From positions 544,001-608,000 of the forward strand of contig CAVQBK010000003.1 in NCBI GenBank assembly GCA_963710755.1: a stretch of 64,000 bases of DNA, written 5' to 3'. A model generated the notes under the pieces. The model ran no database searches, was not told where the DNA came from, and saw only the letters and a program-made list of their open reading frames with translations. This stretch comes from an uncultured bacterium. Its GTDB lineage: Bacteria; Oederibacteriota; JAAXVQ01; JAUVAV01. Shown here piece by piece: positions 56,435 to 64,000 of this stretch. A program made the translations under genes and the position numbers. Position 1 is the stretch's first letter, and each line of letters starts with the position of its first letter.

Positions 56435-56628
56435 GCCTGGTTCCCTGCATGGCGCTTGAGCCATTCCTGGATAAAGGCTTCCATGCGCACGGCGGTCTGT
56501 TGATTCTGCGGTTCACCGAAAAAAGCCTCGGTCAGTGCGCGCTCCAGGGCTGGCTTGAACTCTTCCAGGTTCAGGGGCAGTTCGATGGCCAGCTCTCCGG
56601 TTTCCGAATCCAAAATGACATAGGACAT
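56431..56628 (-). CDS. 65-aa hypothetical protein, weakly resembling the tail-sheath C-terminal helix pair
   Basis: ATG start with an AGGCGG RBS-like element; ATGA overlap with the radical SAM gene; ERAL..AFFGEP.N..T..RM...I.EWL. Confidence 0.65.
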   Translation of the reverse strand: MSYVILDSETGELAIELPLNLEEFKPALERALTEAFFGEPQNQQTAVRMEAFIQEWLKRHAGNQA

Positions 56629-56657
56629 TTCTCACCGCCTTGGGGCGTGATCATCAG

Positions 56658-59600
56658 CTATTTTACCACGCCCACTTTAAATTGCTCTTTCCACAACCCC
56701 GCCTGGATGCGGACAATATAAATGCCACTGGCCACGGGGCTTCCATCAGTATTCATGCCATTCCAGTCAATTTCATGCAATTGCCCTTTTTCAAAGTAAA
56801 TTCCGTCGGCCAGGGTTTTGACCAGCTGCCCGCGCATGGTATAGATTTTAATGGTGGTGCGCGTGGATTGGGATTGATACCACCGGATCTTGGCGCTTTG
56901 ACCATGCAGGGGGTTGATGATGTTGTTGATGATGCGCAGTTGATTATCGGGCCCGGGGGTAGGTGTTGGCGTTGGCGTGGGCGCTGTAGAGAAGGCTTTG
57001 AATTGATAGAGGCTGATCTGCGAGTCCGTGCTGCTCAAGGCGTAAACTTCAAAGCGGTTATCCTGGTCCGCATCGCCTACAGCCAGTGCGACCATGGGTT
57101 CGCCGCCATCGCCCAAATCGGTTTGAGACCAGGTGGAACCATTTTTACTATACTGGTAAACATGACCATTGGTGCTGCAGGCATAAAGCTCGTCCTGCCC
57201 GTCATTATCAGCGTCACTGACCAGCAGGCTATGGCATGTCCCGGACTGGGTGCCGATGACGCTGGGAATGAGCTTCTGGGTGCCGCTATCCCAAGCCAAT
57301 TGGAGAATCTCGCCATTATCAGCTGCTCCATATAGCTCAGACTGGTTGTTTTGGTCAATATCACCAACCGCCAGGGCCAGCAGCTGGCGGGTAAGCACAT
57401 CCTGTTTATGCCAGGCGCCATTGATGTATTTGAATTGATAGACATGCCCGTCTGCATTGGCGGCGTAGAGCTCATTGGCCTGGTCATCATTGAGATCAGC
57501 AATGGCCAGCGCCACCATGCTGTCGGCGCCCTGGCCTACGGCTTCTTTGTGCCAGGAATTTTGATTATAACGATATTGATAAACATGGCTGTCACTACTG
57601 GCTGCAAAGAGGCTGAAGGCTTGGCTGTTGTCCCCGTCGCCGATAATGAGATCCTGAAGTGCGGTGCCCACGGTCTTGGCATCCGTGCCCACCTGGGTTT
57701 TAACCCAGGTTCCGGGCTGATAGCAGAAAATCCGGTTGTCATTGGTGGCGGCGTAGATTTCCGGCGTGTTGTCGCGGTTGGCATCAAACATAAGCACCTT
57801 GGTGTAGTTCTCGGGTTGAGGGGAGGCTAAAACCTGGGTGAGTTGCCAATCCGGGTTATGTTGAGCCACTTGGAGATTGGTGCCCAAGGCTGCCAGGGTA
57901 AGATCCAAGGTGTGGTTGTCATCAGCATCCCCCACGGCCAACTCCATGGTGGTGCCGGAAGCTTTCGGCGCTGTAATGGTAAGAAGTTTGGTATGGCTCC
58001 AGGCGATGGGTTTGGCAAGCGGTTGAAGGATAAAAAAGCTGTGGGCCAGGATATAAGTGCCGTCAGGATGAACTAATTGCAGATCAAACTTTCCCGGTTG
58101 GAGACCGGAGAGGTCAAAGTCACTGTGCATTAGGCCGGTATCGACGAAGGTTTGAGTGGCGGCACCCAACGCCAAGCTGTTGCTGCGAAGGCTGAGCTGA
58201 TCGAAAGTATTGAGCCCGGTGCCAAAAAGGGTAAAGGTGGGTTTGCTTTGGGACACGGCATGATCAGGATAAACATTATAGATGGTGCTGATATTCATTT
58301 TAGCCACAAAGCCATCATAGGATGCGGTAAAAGCACGCTTTGGTGGTAAATTCCCCTGCCACTTTTCAGTACTACTGCCTCCGACAACCATATTTCCCAC
58401 GGCATCCACTGCCAGGGCTTGTCCATAATCCATGCCGGTTCCGCCCAAAAAAGCATTCCAAAGTAAATTGCCGCCACCGTCCAACTTGGCGACAAAGGCA
58501 TCAGTAAAGCCACCACCAAAAGTCCTGATAGGAGTAGTTCCCCACGAGGCAAAACTAGAACCACCTACGACAACATTGCCACCAGGATCTACGGATAGGG
58601 CAGTACAATAATCAGTATTACTGCCACCTAAAAAAGTATTCCACGTTAATTTTCCATTACTGTCCAGTTTGGCGACAAAAGCATCGTAGGAGCTGGTGTA
58701 GGGGTTTTCCGATGAATCCCAGGTACCAGCCACCAGCACATTGCCGTCGGCATCCGAAGCCACGGCATAACCATCATCATAGCCACTGCTGCCTAAAAAA
58801 GTATTCCAGGTTAAACTCCCATCATCGCTGGCCAACTTGGCTACGAAGGCATCAATGCCACCAGCAAAGGCCCTGATGGGAGCCGTATTATCATCATTAA
58901 TATCATCCTGCCACGTGCCATAACTATCACCAGCCACGAATACATTTCCGCCGTCATCCAACGCCACGGCATATCCAAAATCATTTTTATCACTGCTGCC
59001 TAAAAAGGTATTCCAAATCAAGTCGCCGGTATTGCCATTTACTTTGGCCACAAATGCATCATAATAGCCACCGCCAAAGAGCCTCCTCGGATTACCCCAT
59101 GAAGCACCACTTCTACCAACTACCAACACATTTCCGCTGTCATCCAACGCTACGGCATTTCCAAAATCATTTTTATCACTGCTGCCTAAAAAAGTATTCC
59201 ACTGCAATATTCCATCGCTGTTCAGTTTGGCTACAAAGCCATCCTGTAGACCAGCATAGGGCCTCCGAATATTATCCCCCCACTTGTTATCACTATAACC
59301 TGCTACCAACACATTTCCGTTGGGATCCAAAGCCACGGCAGTGCCCCAGGTATAATTATCTGCAGCATTGCTGCCTAAAAAGGTATACCAAATCAAATTT
59401 CCGTTGCTGTCCAGTTTGGCTACAAAGGCATCAGCTAGACCAGCAAAGGGCACGATAGGATCTTTATTATTATCACTCCATGCGGCAATACTAGTACCAA
59501 TCACCAGCACATTTCCGCTGCCATCCAAAGCCACAGCATAGCAGTAATCAGTACCACTACCCCCTAAAAACGTATTCCACGTCAAGTCCGGGTCGATCAC

Positions 59601-60296
59601 CAAGCTGTATCGGGGGTTATAGCCGCTGGCTGCAAAACCAACGGTATGACGGCCGCGGAGGATGAATTTGACTTGTACCGGAACTTTTTTGCCTTCAATC
59701 TCCTGCCAGGCAATGGGCGCGCTTTCCTGCATGCTGCCGGTGCCATAGTTGATGGTCAGGTTTCCCTTGCTGTTCAGGCTAAGGGGGCGATGATAGTCGA
59801 GGCGAATTTGGCTGAGGGCTTGCTCAATATGGCCGGCCTCAATATGATACTCGCTTCGCAGGATCGTCTGGGGTTGGTCATGATAGAGCACCGTGACGCC
59901 GGGCCAGGGATGGACATAGCGCACGGTTCCCTGAAAGGGAAGGGCCGTGGGTTTGGCGGATGGAGCCGGGGCTTCAACGGACGAGGCGGTACCCTTGACC
60001 ACGGGCGCTACGGCTTTGGCGCCGGCCATTGTAATCCTTAACGCATGATCATTACCAGCGATCATTACTTGGCTGTTTTGGAAGTCCAAGACGTGCCCGG
60101 CGCTGGTGTATTGCAGGGGAATCGTTTTTTGGCCCATGGGCTGCACCAGGCGGGGAAGTGGCCGGCGCAGGTGACTGTAACTATAGTTCCAGGGCAAATG
60201 GGGCATCACCAGGCTGCTCAAAACCAAAAGCGCGAAAGCAGGGTGAACATAATGACCACGATAAAACCATTGAGTGCTGTTTATTTGTTGCTGCAT
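56658..60296 (-). CDS. Large secreted SBBP beta-propeller plus FG-GAP repeat protein with a PT linker and FlgD-like C-terminal domain
   Basis: N-terminal domain ending L.IDP; eight W.TFLG.S..D...AVA.D..GNV.V.G...AFVAKL-type repeats; GD.D.D...ELYA repeats; IYTMRGQLVKTL...W.G....G..VASGIY. Confidence 0.88.
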   Translation of the reverse strand: MQQQINSTQWFYRGHYVHPAFALLVLSSLVMPHLPWNYSYSHLRRPLPRLVQPMGQKTIPLQYTSAGHVLDFQNSQVMIAGNDHALRITMAGAKAVAPVVKGTASSVEAPAPSAKPTALPFQGTVRYVHPWPGVTVLYHDQPQTILRSEYHIEAGHIEQALSQIRLDYHRPLSLNSKGNLTINYGTGSMQESAPIAWQEIEGKKVPVQVKFILRGRHTVGFAASGYNPRYSLVIDPDLTWNTFLGGSGTDYCYAVALDGSGNVLVIGTSIAAWSDNNKDPIVPFAGLADAFVAKLDSNGNLIWYTFLGSNAADNYTWGTAVALDPNGNVLVAGYSDNKWGDNIRRPYAGLQDGFVAKLNSDGILQWNTFLGSSDKNDFGNAVALDDSGNVLVVGRSGASWGNPRRLFGGGYYDAFVAKVNGNTGDLIWNTFLGSSDKNDFGYAVALDDGGNVFVAGDSYGTWQDDINDDNTAPIRAFAGGIDAFVAKLASDDGSLTWNTFLGSSGYDDGYAVASDADGNVLVAGTWDSSENPYTSSYDAFVAKLDSNGKLTWNTFLGGSNTDYCTALSVDPGGNVVVGGSSFASWGTTPIRTFGGGFTDAFVAKLDGGGNLLWNAFLGGTGMDYGQALAVDAVGNMVVGGSSTEKWQGNLPPKRAFTASYDGFVAKMNISTIYNVYPDHAVSQSKPTFTLFGTGLNTFDQLSLRSNSLALGAATQTFVDTGLMHSDFDLSGLQPGKFDLQLVHPDGTYILAHSFFILQPLAKPIAWSHTKLLTITAPKASGTTMELAVGDADDNHTLDLTLAALGTNLQVAQHNPDWQLTQVLASPQPENYTKVLMFDANRDNTPEIYAATNDNRIFCYQPGTWVKTQVGTDAKTVGTALQDLIIGDGDNSQAFSLFAASSDSHVYQYRYNQNSWHKEAVGQGADSMVALAIADLNDDQANELYAANADGHVYQFKYINGAWHKQDVLTRQLLALAVGDIDQNNQSELYGAADNGEILQLAWDSGTQKLIPSVIGTQSGTCHSLLVSDADNDGQDELYACSTNGHVYQYSKNGSTWSQTDLGDGGEPMVALAVGDADQDNRFEVYALSSTDSQISLYQFKAFSTAPTPTPTPTPGPDNQLRIINNIINPLHGQSAKIRWYQSQSTRTTIKIYTMRGQLVKTLADGIYFEKGQLHEIDWNGMNTDGSPVASGIYIVRIQAGLWKEQFKVGVVK
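59572..60156. repeat. Near-identical direct repeat, copy 1 (5' domain of the SBBP gene)
   Basis: Matches 63416-64000 at an offset of 3844, with roughly a dozen substitutions by eye. Confidence 0.92.
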
Positions 60297-60492
60297 AGAA
60301 ACCTTCCCTCCTTGTGGCACTATCAATCATGTCCCTATCATTTCTTGTAAATCTCCACCTGGCATGTGCTGGTGATCTCTCCGCTTTGCTCTTTCACCAG
60401 CGCCAGGCTGCGGGTGGCATAAACTTCCTTGATTTCCACGGAAGCAATGGATTGGCCATCGCCCAAAATAGGATAGCGTACGCCCCTACAAA

Positions 60493-63400
60493 TTATTTCA
60501 AGACGCCTATTTTAAATTTTTCCTTCCACGATCCTGCCCGGATGGTGACAATGTAAATACCGCTGGCGACGGTGCTGCCGTTATTATTCAACCCCTGCCA
60601 GCTGAGCTCATGCAGCTGTCCTTTTTCATAATATTGCCCGTCAGCCAGGGTTTTGACCAGCTGCCCGCGCATGGTGTAGATTTTAATGGTAGTGGCTGTG
60701 GATTGGGGTTGAAACCACTCGATTTTGGCGCTTTGGCCGTGCAGGGGGCTGATGATGTTATTGATGATGCGCAGTTGGCTTTCAGGTCCGGGTGTGGGGG
60801 TTGGCGTCAATGTTGGTGCCGGTGTCGATGTTGGTGTGGGTGTTGGTGTAGGGGCCAGGGACGAGGCTTTGAATTGATAGAGGCTGCTTTGCGACCCCGT
60901 GCCGCTCAAAGCGTAAATTTCAAAATGATTGTCCTGGTCCGCATCGCCGGCAGTGAGAGCAACGATGGGTTCACCACCATCGCCTAAATCGGTTTGAGAC
61001 CAGGTGGACCCACTCAGTGCATATTGGTAAACATGGTTGTTGGTGCTGCAGGTATAAAGCTCGTCCTGCCCGTCATTATCAGCGTCACTGACCACTAGGC
61101 CATGACATTCACCGGGCTGGGTGCCGATGACTTTGGAACTAAGATTTTGATTGCCGCTATCCCAAGCCAATTGGAGAATCTCGCCATTATCGACTGCTCC
61201 ATAAAGCTCGGCTTGGCTATTCCCGTCAATATCACCAACCGCCAAGGCCAGTATATGGAGACTGGTAAATACCTCCAATTTCTGCCAAACACCGCCGGTG
61301 TATTTAAATTGATAGACAGAACCGTCTGCATTGGCGGCATAGAGCTCGTTGGCCTGGTCATTATCGAGATCCACAATGGCCAGCGCCACCATGGCGCCGC
61401 CACCCTGGCCGACCGCCTCTTTTTGCCAGGAATTGTTATAATAACGATATTGATAAACATTGTCGTCAGTGCTGGCTGCAAAGAGACTGAAGGCTTGGCT
61501 GTTGTCCCCGTCGCCAATAATGAGATCTTGGATCAGCGCTATGCTTGCGGAATCTGTGCCCACCTGGGTCTTAACCCAGGTTCCGGGTTGATAGCAGAAA
61601 ATCCGGTTGTCATTGGTGGCGGCGTAGAGCTCCTGCTTGCCGTCGCGATTGGCATCAAACATAAGCACCTTGGTGTATTTCTCGGTTTGAGGGGAAGTTA
61701 AGACCTGAGTGAGCTGCCAATTCGGATTTTGCTGAGCCACCTGGAGATTGGTGCCCAACGCAGCCAGAGTGAGGTCCAGCCTATTGTCATTATCAGCATC
61801 CCCCACGGCCAATCCCATGGTGGTGCCGTAATTTATCGGTGCTGTAATGGTAAGAAGTTTGGTGTGGCTCCAGGCGATGGGTTTGGCAAGAGGCTGAAGG
61901 ATAAAAAAGCTGTGGGTCAACGTATACGTGCCGTCAGGATGAACCAATTGCAAATCAAACCTCCCCGGTTGGACTCCGGAGAGATCAAAGTCAGTGTGCA
62001 TTAACCCCGTACTGACGTAGGTTTGATTAGTAGCATTCAAAGCGAAAGTATTATTGCGGAGACTGAGCTGATTGGAAGCATTTAATCCGGTTCCAGGAAA
62101 GGTAAGGGTGGGAGTGCTTTGAGCCACAACATGATCAGGATAAACATTAAAGATGGTGCTGGTATTTATTTTAGCCACAAAGGCATTAAAGTGAGTGCCG
62201 GAAAAGGCAAGCTTTGGTGCGCCCCAGGTGGCGCTGCTATAGCCTCCGGCAACCATATTCCCCATGGCGTCCCCTGCCAGGGCTCTTCCCAAATGCTGGC
62301 CAGCTCCACCCAAAAAAGCATTCCAAATCAAATAGCCGTAGCTGTCATCCAACTTGGCGACAAAGGCATTGGTATTATAGCTGCCACTAAAAGCCCTGAC
62401 CGGATTTTCCCATGTGGCATAGCTATAACCGCCTACGACCACATTCCCCCCAGGAACCGTAAAGATAGCCTCGGCCCTATCATCTTTAGTGCTGCCTAAA
62501 AAGGTATGCCAGCTCAAATTCCCATTGTTGTCCAATTTAGCCACAAAAGCATCGCGAGCACTGCCACTAAAGGTCCTGACAGGATTGCTACCCCACGTAG
62601 CATCACTTTGACCGCACACCAACACATTCCCGTTAAGATCCAAAGCTACAGCACGGCCATAATTCCGATCGCTGCTGCCTAAAAAGGTATTCCAACTCAA
62701 ATGCCCGGTGTTGTCCAATTTGGCCACAAAGGCATCAGTGTATCCACTGAAGGCTCTTCTCGGCGTGCTTCCCCAGGTGTCATCACTATCACCAGCTACA
62801 ACCACATCTCCAGTGGCATCCAAAGCCACGGCAATGGCATTGCCAATAACCTTATTATTATTGCTGCCTAAAAAGGCATTCCAGGTCAAATCACCACTGT
62901 TAGTCAATTTGGCCACAAAGGCATTGGCAGTATTACTATTACCGTTAAAGCCCATGGTAATAGTGTCCCCCCAACTGGAATAACTGGTACCAGCTACGTA
63001 TACATTCCCGCCATTATCCACAGCCACGGCACTGCCGAAGTCGTTATATGCACTACCTGAATAATTACTGCCTAACAAAGTATTCCAGATTATATGCCCG
63101 TCATGGTTGTCCAGTTTGGCTGCAAAAGCATCTTTGCCACCATAACTGTTATAAGTATAACCGACCACCACCACATTTCCGCTGGTATCCAAAGCCACTG
63201 CATTGGGATGGCTTGCGTCTGCCATGCCCAAAAAAGTGTTCCAGAGCAACTTCCCATTGCTGTCCAATTTAGCCCAAAAGGCATTATTACTGATGTTATG
63301 AGGCATGACAGGATTGCCCCAAGAGTAGCCACTGCTACCGGCCACAAACACATTCCCGCTGGCATCCAAAGCGGTGGCAAAACAATAATCATCAGCATGG

Positions 63401-64000
63401 CTGTCACCCAAAAAAGTATTCCACGTCAAGTCCGGGTCGATCACCAAGCTGTATCGGGGGTTATAGCCGCTGGCTGCAAAACCAACGGTATGACGGCCGC
63501 GGAGGATGAATTTGACTTGTACCGGAACTTTTTTGCCTTCAATCTCCTGCCAGGCAATGGGCGCGCTTTCCTGCATGCTGCCGGTGCCATAGTTGATGGT
63601 CAGGTTTCCCTTGCTGTTCAGGCTAAGGGGGCGATGATAATCGAGACGAATTTGGCTGAGGGCTTGCTCAATATGGCCGGGCTCAATATGATATTCGTTT
63701 CGCAGGATCGTCTGGGGTTGGTCATGATAGAGCACCGTGACGCCGGGCCAGGGATGGACATAGCGCACGGTTCCCTGAAAGGGAAGGGCCGTGGGTTTGG
63801 CGGATGGAGCCGGGGCTTCAACGGACGAGGCGGTACCCTTGACCACGGGCGCTACGGCTTTGGCGCCGGCCATTGTAATCCTCAGCATATGGTCATTACC
63901 AGCGATCATTACTTGGCTGTTTTGAAAGTCCAAGACATGACCGGCGCTGGTGTATTGCAGGGGAATCGTTTTTTGGCCCATGGGCTGCACCAGGCGGGGA
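60493..64000 (-). CDS. Tandem paralogue of the SBBP/FG-GAP/FlgD protein, 5'-truncated at the window edge
   Basis: Same architecture as 56658-60296; the frame is open to the window end. Confidence 0.88.
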   Translation of the reverse strand, partial: PRLVQPMGQKTIPLQYTSAGHVLDFQNSQVMIAGNDHMLRITMAGAKAVAPVVKGTASSVEAPAPSAKPTALPFQGTVRYVHPWPGVTVLYHDQPQTILRNEYHIEPGHIEQALSQIRLDYHRPLSLNSKGNLTINYGTGSMQESAPIAWQEIEGKKVPVQVKFILRGRHTVGFAASGYNPRYSLVIDPDLTWNTFLGDSHADDYCFATALDASGNVFVAGSSGYSWGNPVMPHNISNNAFWAKLDSNGKLLWNTFLGMADASHPNAVALDTSGNVVVVGYTYNSYGGKDAFAAKLDNHDGHIIWNTLLGSNYSGSAYNDFGSAVAVDNGGNVYVAGTSYSSWGDTITMGFNGNSNTANAFVAKLTNSGDLTWNAFLGSNNNKVIGNAIAVALDATGDVVVAGDSDDTWGSTPRRAFSGYTDAFVAKLDNTGHLSWNTFLGSSDRNYGRAVALDLNGNVLVCGQSDATWGSNPVRTFSGSARDAFVAKLDNNGNLSWHTFLGSTKDDRAEAIFTVPGGNVVVGGYSYATWENPVRAFSGSYNTNAFVAKLDDSYGYLIWNAFLGGAGQHLGRALAGDAMGNMVAGGYSSATWGAPKLAFSGTHFNAFVAKINTSTIFNVYPDHVVAQSTPTLTFPGTGLNASNQLSLRNNTFALNATNQTYVSTGLMHTDFDLSGVQPGRFDLQLVHPDGTYTLTHSFFILQPLAKPIAWSHTKLLTITAPINYGTTMGLAVGDADNDNRLDLTLAALGTNLQVAQQNPNWQLTQVLTSPQTEKYTKVLMFDANRDGKQELYAATNDNRIFCYQPGTWVKTQVGTDSASIALIQDLIIGDGDNSQAFSLFAASTDDNVYQYRYYNNSWQKEAVGQGGGAMVALAIVDLDNDQANELYAANADGSVYQFKYTGGVWQKLEVFTSLHILALAVGDIDGNSQAELYGAVDNGEILQLAWDSGNQNLSSKVIGTQPGECHGLVVSDADNDGQDELYTCSTNNHVYQYALSGSTWSQTDLGDGGEPIVALTAGDADQDNHFEIYALSGTGSQSSLYQFKASSLAPTPTPTPTSTPAPTLTPTPTPGPESQLRIINNIISPLHGQSAKIEWFQPQSTATTIKIYTMRGQLVKTLADGQYYEKGQLHELSWQGLNNNGSTVASGIYIVTIRAGSWKEKFKIGVLK
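63416..64000. repeat. Near-identical direct repeat, copy 2
   Basis: Matches 59572-60156. Confidence 0.92.

Noticed and set aside
51416-56628. Prophage or complete T6SS/eCIS locus
   Set aside because: No capsid, terminase, integrase, tube, full sheath, baseplate wedge or membrane-complex genes are in the window.
58300-63420. Regularly spaced roughly 22-nt repeats as a CRISPR array or DGR target
   Set aside because: The repeats are in-frame codons for WNTFLGS propeller blades about 180 bp apart; there is no cas gene, reverse transcriptase or adenine-specific TR/VR pair.

Overview
Bacterial chromosomal window, mostly moderate GC and probably from an uncultured anaerobe. Several secreted proteins carry Pro/Thr linkers and FlgD/Por-tail-like C-termini; the lineage cannot be fixed from sequence alone. 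From left to right it contains: the end of a MoxR/Bat (DUF58-batA-batBC-batD-batE) operon; a TCA cluster led by a Re-citrate-synthase-like gene (icd, mdh, two-subunit fumarase, aconitase), interrupted by an NHL-repeat secreted protein; two cyclophilins; an unlisted 55-aa histone-H1-like gene; a PyrR-regulated pyr operon; a plsC-KS-CLF-fabG type II FAS/PKS cassette; cinA-thpR; a TPR-transpeptidase fusion; a signalling module (hybrid kinase, FlgM-like anti-sigma, sigma-54 activator, frameshifted FliA/WhiG sigma-28, receiver protein) with matching sigma-54 and sigma-28 promoters and no flagellar genes; tandem bCerS/YghO-like GNATs beside an SDR; and tRNA-Met. An accessory region follows the tRNA. 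The two best candidates for an undescribed system are: (1) an orphan contractile-injection warhead operon (65-aa sheath-fragment-like protein, divergent radical SAM, gpV/VgrG spike, PAAR-TTR, LysM-TTR-PG-binding protein, lipase effector) directly downstream of two tandem mosaic beta-propeller adhesin-like genes; and (2) a flagellum-independent sigma-54 to sigma-28/FlgM cascade whose promoter motif recurs upstream of the histone-like gene, reminiscent of Chlamydia hctB control. All functional calls come from manual motif recognition; no database searches were run.
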